Shown here: positions 8,199 to 17,668 of the stretch, piece after piece | Layout of the letters: every line of letters begins with the position of its first letter | How positions within the stretch are numbered: position 1 is the stretch's first letter | Assembly: GCA_965222075.1 (NCBI GenBank) | Contig: OZ244937.1 | Location: 2,400,001-2,464,000, forward strand | Length of the DNA stretch: 64,000 bases | Direction of reading: 5' to 3' | Origin: Candidatus Latescibacterota bacterium | GTDB taxonomy: Bacteria > Latescibacterota > UBA2968 > GCA-2709665 | Position numbers and translations under genes: made by a program | Notes under the pieces: model-generated | Database searches by the model: none | Told to the model about the DNA's origin: nothing | The model's input: only the letters and a program-made list of their open reading frames with translations

Positions 8199-9941
8199 AT
8201 GCTCACCAAACTCACCATCCGCAACTTCAAACGCTTCGGCGAGGTCGAGATCGAACTCGGGAGTCCTGTGGTCTTCATCGGCCCCAACAACTCCGGGAAG
8301 ACCTCCGCGATGCAGGCGCTTGCCCTCTGGGACATCGGTCTCAAGCGCTGGAACGAGAAGCGATCCGGGAAAAGCACGCCCGAGAAGCGTCCCGGCGTCA
8401 CCGTCAACCGCCGCGACCTCGTGGCCATTCCGATTCCGAACGCGAATCTCCTGTGGCGCGGACTGCACGTGCGGGACGTGCGCAAGGTCGACGGAAAGCA
8501 GCGCACCAGCAACATCCGTATCGACATCATCGTCGAGGGAGTGACGAAGGGCCGGCACTGGACCTGCGGGCTGGAGTTCGACTACGCGAACGATGAATCC
8601 TTCTACTGCCGACCGCTTCGTCTGTCAGATAACAAGACCCCCGACCGCATGCCGATCCCTGATGAAGCGGGAAGTACCCGAATTGCCTTCCTGCCGCCGA
8701 TGTCGGGTCTTGCGGCCACGGAAACGCGGCTTGATGACGGGGCCGTCAACGTACGGATCGGAGAGGGACGCACGGCCGAAGTGTTGCGCAACCTCTGCTT
8801 TCGGATTCACGAAGAAGACGCATCACAGTGGAACAGGCTCGTCAAGCAGATCAAAAGCCTGTTCGGGTCCGAACTCCGTCCGCCGCGCTACATTGCCGAG
8901 CGCGGCGAGATCGCGATGACCTACCGTGAGCATGGCGCTGAACTTGACCTGTCGTCATCCGGGCGGGGTCTGCAGCAGACCCTGCTCCTTCTGGCGTACA
9001 TGTACGCCAATCCCGGCGCCGTCCTGCTCCTGGACGAACCGGACGCGCACCTGGAGATTCTCCGCCAGCGCCAGATCTACCGCCTGCTCACCGACGTGGC
9101 GCGCGCAAGCGGCAGCCAGATCATTGCCGCCAGTCATTCCGAAGTGCTGCTCAACGAGGCCGCAGGCCGGGACCTGGTCGTCGCCTTCGTCGGCCGGCCG
9201 CACCGCATTGACGACCGCGGCAGTCAGGTCCTGAAGGCGCTCAATGAGATCGGGTTCGACCAGTACTATCAGGCCGAACAGACCGGCTGGGTGCTCTACC
9301 TGGAGGGTCCGACGGACCTGTGGATGCTGCAAGCCTTTGCCAGGCGACTGGGACACGAACGCGCGGTCCAGGCGCTTGAGCGGCCATTCGTGAAATACGT
9401 GCAGAACCAGCCGACGGCGGTTCAGCGCCATTACCACGGCCTGCGGGAAGCTCTCCCCATGCTTCGCGGAGTCGCCCTCTTCGATCGCCTCGAATCGGAG
9501 CCACTCGACATCACCCCGGTCGAGTGTTTGACGTGGAAGCGTCGAGAAATCGAAAACTACGTCTGCTCGCGAGCCACACTGGAAGCGTACGTGACGGCGT
9601 CAGCGAAGGACGCCGCGCCGGGATCGCTGTTCACAGCAGCTGAAGTGAGGAAGCGTCAGAACGCCATGCCCAAAGCTATCGAAGAAGTAGAGTCAGCGCT
9701 GAAGACGCTCGGCAAGGGCTCTCCCTGGAGTGCTGACATCAAAGCCAGCGACGATTTTCTGGTCCCGCTCTTCGAAGCTTACTTCCAGAAGCTCGACCTG
9801 CCGAACCTGATGGCCAAGAAGAAGTTCTACGAACTGGCCGAGTACGTCCCCGGCAGCGAGATCGATCCCGAGATTCGCGAAAAACTGGACGCGATCGCGC
9901 GGGTCGCGGAGAGCGCGACATCCGTGGGAGACCATAAGTGA
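8199..9941 (+). CDS. ABC-type ATPase with C-terminal TOPRIM-like domain (OLD-like putative nuclease)
   Basis: Walker A GPNNSGKT, signature-like LSSSGRG, Walker B LLLDEPDAHL, H-loop ASHS; C-terminal YLEGPTD, LFDR and RREIENY. Confidence 0.85.
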   Translation: MLTKLTIRNFKRFGEVEIELGSPVVFIGPNNSGKTSAMQALALWDIGLKRWNEKRSGKSTPEKRPGVTVNRRDLVAIPIPNANLLWRGLHVRDVRKVDGKQRTSNIRIDIIVEGVTKGRHWTCGLEFDYANDESFYCRPLRLSDNKTPDRMPIPDEAGSTRIAFLPPMSGLAATETRLDDGAVNVRIGEGRTAEVLRNLCFRIHEEDASQWNRLVKQIKSLFGSELRPPRYIAERGEIAMTYREHGAELDLSSSGRGLQQTLLLLAYMYANPGAVLLLDEPDAHLEILRQRQIYRLLTDVARASGSQIIAASHSEVLLNEAAGRDLVVAFVGRPHRIDDRGSQVLKALNEIGFDQYYQAEQTGWVLYLEGPTDLWMLQAFARRLGHERAVQALERPFVKYVQNQPTAVQRHYHGLREALPMLRGVALFDRLESEPLDITPVECLTWKRREIENYVCSRATLEAYVTASAKDAAPGSLFTAAEVRKRQNAMPKAIEEVESALKTLGKGSPWSADIKASDDFLVPLFEAYFQKLDLPNLMAKKKFYELAEYVPGSEIDPEIREKLDAIARVAESATSVGDHK

Positions 9942-10862
9942 ACCTGACCGCCCTTCGTATCGCCAACTTTAAGGCCTTCGCCGGTTCCCAGCGCGTGCCG
10001 CTACGGCCAATCACGCTGATCTACGGTGCCAACAGCGCCGGCAAGTCGAGCGTGCTACACGCCCTGGCGCTCGCCCACCATGCCATCGAGACAGGGGATC
10101 TCGACACACATCGGACCCAGATCGGCGGGGAAGCCATTGATCTCGGTGGTTTCCGGCAGTACGTACATCGGCGCGAGCGAGGCCGCCAGGTCGAGCTTGG
10201 CCTCGAGTTCGATCCGAGGCACCTCACCGGACGCGTCGCGGAGCTTCTGGGCGCGTCGCGCAAGATCGAGGTAGAGCTGGCAATTGGAGAGGGAATCACG
10301 AGCGATCAGCAGACACTGTTCGGGGACCGGGCGCGCGTGCTCGAACGGGAGGGCGGTGCACGTCTGGAGCGCTTCGCACTGGAAGTGGACGGCGCGCTCC
10401 TACTCTCGATGAGCGTGCGAGCAGGCGGACTCTTGCGCCTGGATCGGCTCGACCATAGCCATCCAGTCTTTCGCGAGCTGTTTCGCGCGCTCTTGACGCG
10501 GTCGACGACCATTCAGGAAGTACGCGACGAAGACTCCGTTACCCCCGGCGAAGTGCTCGACGAGCTGGTCCCCATCGTTGCCGCCAGGAGACGCGGCCTC
10601 TTCCCCCGAATTGAAGAGGAGTCCGAAGGTAGCGAGGTGGACGGTGAGACATGGGCGTTCCGTCGGAAGGAACGCTGTAGAAATGGCAGAGGTCGTGGCA
10701 TCTATGCTCAAGTGCAGCTCGGTTGTGATTTTCATTGACCCCCATTTTGGACCCGAGCGCCCGCGTTATCGGCGCCCATTCGAAGCGTTCCTGGAGCGAA
10801 TGGTGAGCCAGCGTCCCGGCGGTACACCAAAGCGCATAAAGGTGATTCTATCGAGGTGTTAG
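9938..10862 (+). pseudogene. Truncated AAA/ABC ATPase fused by deletion to an internal fragment of a neighbouring gene
   Basis: NFKAF...YGANSAGKSS Walker A is present but there is no Walker B. After ~10650 a different frame reads EMAEVVASMLKC..VIFIDPHF...RYRRPFEAFL, ending at 10862. Confidence 0.65.
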
Positions 10863-11150
10863 GAACGAGAAAGTTGTCCACGCCGTCGTAGCCGCCCCTA
10901 CGGCGCTAAAACCGGTCCAAACGATTAAAAACCATCGAGTCTGCTACGAGGGTCCCCCGGTTGAAGTCAGCCTCGGAGCCGGGTTGCCTGTCAATGGCGA
11001 TAAAGCCGAGGTTGGGGATGGCCCAACATATCGCGCTTGAGGCGCAGAACCGTGAAGTCGGTTAGATCTTGCGAAAGGCACTCTCTGTCAACCACACCAA
11101 ATTCGGTAACGTGCTAACCAAAGTTGCCAGTTTTTAAAAAAAGAAAAACC

Positions 11151-12410
11151 ATGGCTGATTCCAAAAAACCTGATGATACCTTTCGCGTCTTGCACACTGC
11201 CGATTGGCATTTGGGAAAAACACTGAATGATCAATCGAGGGATAAAGAACACGTGCTGTTCCTCAACTGGCTGCTCAAAATTATCGACGAATGTACAGTC
11301 GATGTACTGGTCATTGCAGGCGATGTGTTCGACGCCGCAAACCCGCCACAATTGGCACAGTCCCGATATTACGATTTTGTTTCTCAACTTTACAAAAACA
11401 CTAAATGTTCACTCATCGTCACTGCAGGCAACCACGATTCGCCATTACAATTAGAAGCACCGCGCCAGGTGTTGCAGGCACTCGGCGATCATGTCGTGGG
11501 TTTCTTGTCCGAAGACACCGCATCTCGCCTTATCGTCTTGCCTTCACCTGAAAATCCACGCCTTGTCATCGCAGCTATTCCCTTTTTGCGAGACAGAGAT
11601 CTCAGAACAGGCTACGCTGGTCAGGATGCAAAAGATATTCAACAAGCGCTCATTGCTGGCATCACACAGCGTTATGCAGAGACCGCCGAAGCAGCAGCCA
11701 AATGGTCTGAAAAAGGTGTACCGATATTGGCAACAGGCCACCTCACTGTCATGGGTGCCTCAAAATCGGATAGCGAAAGAGAAATCCATATCGGTGGTCT
11801 TGGTGCTGTTAGTGCAGACGTATTTCCCGATATCTTTTCTTATGTCGCCCTGGGACATCTACACCGGCCACAAAAACCATATAACCACGTATGTTATTCC
11901 GGATCTCCCATTGCGTTGAGCTTTAGCGAAGCAAATGATACCAAAGAAATCCAAATGCTCGATTTTGCAGACGGCACCTTAAAAGCACAAACGTCAATCC
12001 CTGTGCCAGTATTCCGCAGATTGGCGCAGATTCGCACATCGTGGGACGACCTATCGGAAGCCATCAGCAATTTTAATCCGGACACTGGCGAACTGGAAAC
12101 CTGGGTCGAGGTCGTTGTCAAAGATGCGAGCTTTAGTGAGGATATCAACGAGACAGTACAGAGTTTGGTGGCAGAGCTGGATTTTACGGTGCTAAAAGTA
12201 ATGAGAGAAAGTGCGACTCCGCCACCGGGTATGCGTATTGGGGACTATTCAGATGACGAAGCCATTGAAACACTTCTCGATGATCCCAAACAGGTATTCG
12301 AGCACCGACTGGAAGAAAAATCCGATATAAACGAAGAACATAAACAGGAACTTAAAATTGCTTTTGCTCAGCTACTCGATCTCCACCAGACGGAGAGCAC
12401 GGACACATGA
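11151..12410 (+). CDS. sbcD: SbcD/Mre11-family nuclease
   Basis: HTADWHLG, IAGDVFD, AGNHDS and ALGHLH metallophosphoesterase motifs. Confidence 0.93.
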   Translation: MADSKKPDDTFRVLHTADWHLGKTLNDQSRDKEHVLFLNWLLKIIDECTVDVLVIAGDVFDAANPPQLAQSRYYDFVSQLYKNTKCSLIVTAGNHDSPLQLEAPRQVLQALGDHVVGFLSEDTASRLIVLPSPENPRLVIAAIPFLRDRDLRTGYAGQDAKDIQQALIAGITQRYAETAEAAAKWSEKGVPILATGHLTVMGASKSDSEREIHIGGLGAVSADVFPDIFSYVALGHLHRPQKPYNHVCYSGSPIALSFSEANDTKEIQMLDFADGTLKAQTSIPVPVFRRLAQIRTSWDDLSEAISNFNPDTGELETWVEVVVKDASFSEDINETVQSLVAELDFTVLKVMRESATPPPGMRIGDYSDDEAIETLLDDPKQVFEHRLEEKSDINEEHKQELKIAFAQLLDLHQTESTDT

Positions 12411-15334
12411 AAATCGATCGAATCATTCTCAATAATCTGAATTCTCTACGCGGCAAACACATCATTGATCTGACCGCTGAACCGCTGTCAAACGCAGGCC
12501 TGTTTGCAATTACGGGACCGACGGGCGCCGGCAAGTCAACATTGCTCGATGCCATTACCCTTGCCCTTTACGGTCGTGCTGCTCGTTATGGCAACCAGCC
12601 TAATCCTGAAAACATCATGAGTCGTCGTTGTGGTGAATGCTCTGCCGAAGTTGAATTTGAAGTTCCCAAGGGTAAGTACAGGGCCGTTTGGCAACTGAGA
12701 CGCGCACGAGGCAAAGCAAATGGCAGAATCCAGCCACCAAGACGTTATATATACGATAATGGCACTACGCTCGCACAGCAAGTGCGTGAGTGCGACGAGC
12801 TGGTTGTCGAACTGATAGGACTTGATTACGACCGTTTTGTAAGAAGTGTCATGCTCGCACAGGGTGAGTTTGCACGATTTTTAAAAGCCGACGCAAATGA
12901 ACGTGCAGGACTTCTAGAATGTCTTACGGGAACAGCTATCTATTCAGACTTGAGCATCCTTGCCCACAAGGAAGCGACACGCCGTGAGAATGATCTCATG
13001 ATCAAACAGCAAGCACTCGAACAAATCGAGATCCTTAAAGATGAAGAGCGCCAAGAAGTCGAGGATCATATCGCCGGGTTAAATAAAGAAAAACATGTGT
13101 TGGAAAAAGACCTCGATGAAAAATCGGAAATTGCCGTAAACATCGATAAACTCGAATCGGCATTAACGCAAAAGACAGAAATAACTGAAAATTTGGAAGT
13201 TTTGGAAGCAAGCCGCAAAGATGCCGAACCCGATTTGAAACTCCTCAAAAGACACCGGGAGACGACACCCTTCAGGGATGATCTTATCCACCTCCAAAAT
13301 GCGGAAGATACGGCGTATAGCTGCGAAGAGAAGAGACAAGCAGCACAGGATGAGCGCGACGAAGGATATGAACAATGCCAGCAGGCAAAATTGAACTATT
13401 ACAGAATCTTGAAAAATGAAATCGCCGAACAAGAATTGACAATCCAGGATGTCAAAGCTCGTGCGCGTAAAGCCAATGAAATACTTAAAGTAGAAAAAGA
13501 GTGGCTGGAAGCCCACCAGATAGATGCCGACCTTTCAGACCACATCACAGACCTGGCAGCTAATCTGACAGAATTAAGATCCAGACGCGCAACGCTCAAG
13601 CGGGAATGGGAACAGGTATGCGACATAACATCAGTATTGGCATCTGGCGCGATAGAACCGTTGCTACTTGAAAATACAGAAGAAGAAGAGCTAAAAACGA
13701 TCCTTAATACGATTGCAGAAAGACTTGCGGAAGAACATAAAAGTGCCGAAGATGAGCGCACTTCTGCCGAAAAAGATCTCGGTCTTCGCAAGGATCATCT
13801 ACAGAAAGCCCAATCGATCGCAAACCACGATACACATCGCGCTTCCCTTGTAAAAGGTGAACCATGTCCGCTTTGCGGCGCAACCGAGCATCCTTATGCA
13901 GAAGGCCAGGAGCCGAGTTTTCCATTTGAAGACCTGGAAGCGGAGGTCGCCAGAGCGGAGGCAACGCGCAACGCCAGGACCGATCGCGTTTCAAAACTCT
14001 CCGAAGCATTCAAGAAATTGACATCTCAACAATCTGTTGCTATAAAAGCACATCAAGATTTGACAGAATACGAAGCAGAGCTTCTTGACAGCCTTGGTGT
14101 TTTTGAGGTTGCATTGCCAGAGGAAGGTAAAGAGGAAGAAACGCGAAAATCCCTTCAAGACCGCGAAAAGGCGTATCAAACACATCGGGAAATTTGCGAC
14201 GACGCAGAGCAAGCGGTCGAAGGAGCCAAAGACGATAAAAACAACGCACATATCTTGCTTGAGAAACGGACACTTGATCTTCAACAACTCGAAGATATTG
14301 AAACAGAAGATGTTGAGATAGAGGGCGATGTGGCTGAACGGCTGAGTGTAGAGGAAGCAGAGCAGGATTGGTCGGACAAAAAGACCACATTGGAAATTCA
14401 AGAGGCTGAACTCAACGCTCGACTACAGGACACAAAAACCGCGCAAAAATCACTGCAAGAAATTCAAGAACGCCTCATATCTGCCCTGGAAGAATCCGAT
14501 TTCCAAGATCTGGACGATCTGCGTGCGGCAAAATTGAGTCAAGAAAAAGCCGGCCGTATAGAACAAATCGAAACCGATCTTCAAAACAAAGAACATGATC
14601 TAACCACCCGGTTAAGCATTGCAGAAGAAGAAATCGAATCCCTTCGAGAAGCCGAAATTCCAGAAGGAGATGAGGCAGAACAGTTCAAAGCAGAACATGA
14701 AAAATTACAAGATGATCGAGATATACTCATCGAAAAGCTTACAACTCGGCAAAATCAGGTTGAAGTGGACGACAAAAACCGCCTGAAACTCGCTAAACAG
14801 CAGAAATTATTGGAAGAAGCACAAAAAGAAGTGGCCATCTGGAACCGTTTGCGTGTGTTGATCGGCTCTCACGACGGCGCAAAATTTCGAAAATATGCAC
14901 AAAGTATTTCTCTGGATATACTCATTCGCCACGCTAACCAGCATCTGATCCGGTTGAGTGATCGTTACCGAATTCAGAGGCGTACAGAGGAAGAACTCCA
15001 GCTTGAAATCGAAGATTTGCACCAGGCGGGAGTCACACGGCCTATGGCCAGCCTTTCCGGCGGCGAAAGCTTTCTTGCCAGCCTGGCGCTTGCCCTTGGC
15101 CTCTCTGAATTGGCTGGGAGAAATGTGCGTATTGAATCGCTCTTTATCGATGAAGGGTTTGGCAGCCTGGATTCAGAAGTTCTCGATCTCGCCATTGGAA
15201 CCCTTGAAGGATTGCATCAGGATAACAAAAGTGTGGGCGTGATCTCACATGTCGAACTTCTAAAGCAGCGTATCGCAACGCAGATCAGAGTGATAAAACA
15301 AACGGCCGGCAACAGCATATTGAAAATCGTCTGA
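12407..15334 (+). CDS. sbcC: SbcC/Rad50-family SMC-like ATPase
   Basis: GPTGAGKST, LAQGEF Q-loop, coiled coil with CPLC zinc hook, LSGGESF, FIDEGFGSLD and ISHV; ATGA overlap with sbcD. Confidence 0.95.
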   Translation: MKIDRIILNNLNSLRGKHIIDLTAEPLSNAGLFAITGPTGAGKSTLLDAITLALYGRAARYGNQPNPENIMSRRCGECSAEVEFEVPKGKYRAVWQLRRARGKANGRIQPPRRYIYDNGTTLAQQVRECDELVVELIGLDYDRFVRSVMLAQGEFARFLKADANERAGLLECLTGTAIYSDLSILAHKEATRRENDLMIKQQALEQIEILKDEERQEVEDHIAGLNKEKHVLEKDLDEKSEIAVNIDKLESALTQKTEITENLEVLEASRKDAEPDLKLLKRHRETTPFRDDLIHLQNAEDTAYSCEEKRQAAQDERDEGYEQCQQAKLNYYRILKNEIAEQELTIQDVKARARKANEILKVEKEWLEAHQIDADLSDHITDLAANLTELRSRRATLKREWEQVCDITSVLASGAIEPLLLENTEEEELKTILNTIAERLAEEHKSAEDERTSAEKDLGLRKDHLQKAQSIANHDTHRASLVKGEPCPLCGATEHPYAEGQEPSFPFEDLEAEVARAEATRNARTDRVSKLSEAFKKLTSQQSVAIKAHQDLTEYEAELLDSLGVFEVALPEEGKEEETRKSLQDREKAYQTHREICDDAEQAVEGAKDDKNNAHILLEKRTLDLQQLEDIETEDVEIEGDVAERLSVEEAEQDWSDKKTTLEIQEAELNARLQDTKTAQKSLQEIQERLISALEESDFQDLDDLRAAKLSQEKAGRIEQIETDLQNKEHDLTTRLSIAEEEIESLREAEIPEGDEAEQFKAEHEKLQDDRDILIEKLTTRQNQVEVDDKNRLKLAKQQKLLEEAQKEVAIWNRLRVLIGSHDGAKFRKYAQSISLDILIRHANQHLIRLSDRYRIQRRTEEELQLEIEDLHQAGVTRPMASLSGGESFLASLALALGLSELAGRNVRIESLFIDEGFGSLDSEVLDLAIGTLEGLHQDNKSVGVISHVELLKQRIATQIRVIKQTAGNSILKIV

Positions 15335-15544
15335 CGCTCAACCTGGTTTCACTCAGTCTGTAGCGTATGCCGTGGCTTTGCCACCCCACGAGCCCGCCTG
15401 ATGCCTAACATTGCGCATGCGAGCGTCAGACCGTCTCAAGACAGGCTCAAAACGGCGCTTCGGCTCGCGGGTCGTCGTTAATTGAACTACGCCGTGCTTG
15501 ACTTTATCGCCTTACTTATTTAAGTTTTTTGTAAGGAGAAACGC

Positions 15545-15787
15545 ATGATCGTCAAGATTACGTCAAAGCGCCAGGTCACCTTCCCCGCACGGGTGCTGGA
15601 TGCGCTGGGGGTACGGCCTGGCGACCAGCTTGAGCTGGAAGAAGGCCCCGACGGCTTTATTCTGCGGCCGCGGCGAATCGATCCCAACCGGCTTGCGCCG
15701 TTGCGCGCCAAGCTTCAACGTGGACGCGGCGGGTTCAATCTCAAGTCGTTCCGCGAGCAACCCTATGACCCGACGCTTCGGGATTGA
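15545..15787 (+). CDS. AbrB/MazE-family antitoxin
   Basis: MIVKITSKRQVTFPARVLDALGVRPGDQLE; AAGGAG RBS. Confidence 0.9.
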   Translation: MIVKITSKRQVTFPARVLDALGVRPGDQLELEEGPDGFILRPRRIDPNRLAPLRAKLQRGRGGFNLKSFREQPYDPTLRD

Positions 15788-15803
15788 TACGTCCGTACTC
15801 GTC
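15765..15803 (+). pseudogene. 13-codon N-terminal stub of a PIN toxin
   Basis: MTRRFGIDTSVLV overlaps the AbrB stop; the resemblance ends abruptly just before the convergent ABC gene. Confidence 0.65.
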
Positions 15804-15850
15804 AAAAAATCCTTTCCTCCCACGTCCCCTCCTGCCCGATCCCCCTGGTT

Positions 15851-17668
15851 CTACGTTTTATACCATCCTGCCTGCAAGGCCCACATGCGGGCGTACTCTC
15901 CGCCACGAGAGATCAGCTCGTCGTGGGTTCCGTTCTCGATCAGCCGTCCCTCCTTCAGAACGAGGATCCGGTCGCACAGCCGCGCCGAGCCCAGACGGTG
16001 GGAGACCACGATCGTGGTACGCCCGCCGGCCATGGTGAGAAAGCGGCGGAACACGTCGGCCTCTGCCTGCGGGTCCAGGGAGGCGGTCGGCTCGTCGAGG
16101 ACGACGAGGTCGGCCTCGCGCATGAAACCCCTGGAGATGGCCACACGCTGCCACTCGCCGCCGGACAGCTCCGTGCCCCCTTCGAACTCCCGGGTGAGCA
16201 GGGTGTCGTAGCCCTCCGGTAGCCGGCGGGCAACGGCGTCGGCCCCGCCCTGGCGCGCCGCTCGCTCGATTCCGCGCCGGTCTTCCATCCTCTCGCTACG
16301 GCCGAAGCCGATGTTCTCGCCGAGGGTGAAGGCGAAGCGTGTGTAATCCTGAAAGACCGCAGCCGACCGATCCCACAGCTGGTCGCGGTTCGCCCGTCGC
16401 GCATCAAGATCGCCGTACCTCAGCTCCCCGGCGGTGGGACGGAACAGCCCCAGCAGGACCTTGACGAGGGTCGTCTTTCCGGAGCCGTTGGGGCCGACCA
16501 GGGCCACGCGTTCGCCGGGCTGGATGGTGACCGTGATTTCCTCGATGGCGGGGCGGTCCGCCTGTGGATAGCGGAACGAGAGGTCGTACACGGCGATCGG
16601 CGTCCTGTCGAGGGCGCCGAGGGTCTCTCCCTCGGGCGGCTCTTCAGGGCCCAGATCCAGGTAGATGAACAGGTCGGCGATGTTCAGCAGCTGGATGGAC
16701 AGGAAGCTCATGCGGTTGACGAGGTGGTAGACGCCGAATCGGACCTGGCGGAGGGCGACGATCATGGCGGCGAACTGCCCGGCCGACAGCCCGCCGTCAA
16801 GAACCGCCCACGCCGACCAGCCGACGCCGGCGGCCAGCCCCAGGAGGCCGAGGGCCGACAGGCAACCGCCGATGGCGCAGTGCCTGCGACGCTGCCGGTA
16901 GAGAGCGTCGGCGACCCGCCAGTAGAGGTGCTCCCACCATCCGATCAGGGCGGGTCCCAGGCCGAACACCCGCACCTCCTTGGCGCCGTCCCGCCCCGTC
17001 AGCGTCCTCTCCAGGTACCCACGTAGCCGCTGCGATTGCGTCTGCCGACGTTGCAGGTAGAACTCGTGCAGGTTGTGGATCATGCCCGCGAGGGGCGGCG
17101 GCAGCGACACAAGAATGATCGCCACGAGCAGGACCGGGTCCCAGAGCCCGACGACGACGCCCACTGAGACCACGGTCAGCGATCCGGTGATGATCGTGTA
17201 AATCGCGAAGAGAATGTTGAGGAAGAAGCCGGGCGTTGCGGCCACCTGGGCACGGCGCAGGAGGTCGTGGAAATCGGCCCGCTCGAAGACCTCGAGGCAG
17301 AGGGATCGGGACTTGACCTGGAGCTGCTCCAGGAGCCGGTCCTCCATCTCCTGCTTCAGCCGCTCGAGCAGGATGGTGCGCGACCACGTCTGGAGGCCGG
17401 TCTCGGCGAGGGTCAGCGCCGCCCACAGGGCCAGCCACGGGAGCATGGCATGGAAAGAAAGCCGGCCCTCGTACACGTCGAGGCCCCGGTCGAAGAGGGC
17501 CCGCACGACCCAGATCATCGCGGCCGGCAGCAGGCCGGCCGTGAACTCCAGGGCCAGCGAGGCAATGGCCCGGCGGGGGTCGGTGCGGATCATCCAGCCC
17601 AGGAAGCGGAGGAGGGTCCGCGGCGCGGGCGGGCGCTCGAGGATCGGGTCGGGCGCTACCGGTACCAC
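15851..17668 (-). CDS. ABC exporter, fused permease/ATPase (subunit 2)
   Basis: GPNGSGKT, LSGGEWQR, VLDEPT, SHRL. The likely GTG start at 17668 overlaps the upstream stop; the longer track N-terminus is spurious. Confidence 0.9.
   Translation of the reverse strand: MVPVAPDPILERPPAPRTLLRFLGWMIRTDPRRAIASLALEFTAGLLPAAMIWVVRALFDRGLDVYEGRLSFHAMLPWLALWAALTLAETGLQTWSRTILLERLKQEMEDRLLEQLQVKSRSLCLEVFERADFHDLLRRAQVAATPGFFLNILFAIYTIITGSLTVVSVGVVVGLWDPVLLVAIILVSLPPPLAGMIHNLHEFYLQRRQTQSQRLRGYLERTLTGRDGAKEVRVFGLGPALIGWWEHLYWRVADALYRQRRRHCAIGGCLSALGLLGLAAGVGWSAWAVLDGGLSAGQFAAMIVALRQVRFGVYHLVNRMSFLSIQLLNIADLFIYLDLGPEEPPEGETLGALDRTPIAVYDLSFRYPQADRPAIEEITVTIQPGERVALVGPNGSGKTTLVKVLLGLFRPTAGELRYGDLDARRANRDQLWDRSAAVFQDYTRFAFTLGENIGFGRSERMEDRRGIERAARQGGADAVARRLPEGYDTLLTREFEGGTELSGGEWQRVAISRGFMREADLVVLDEPTASLDPQAEADVFRRFLTMAGGRTTIVVSHRLGSARLCDRILVLKEGRLIENGTHDELISRGGEYARMWALQAGWYKT

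Noticed and set aside
2000-16000. Prophage, ICE or IS element as carrier of the island
   Set aside because: No integrase, transposase, phage or conjugation genes, tRNA target or terminal repeats were seen.
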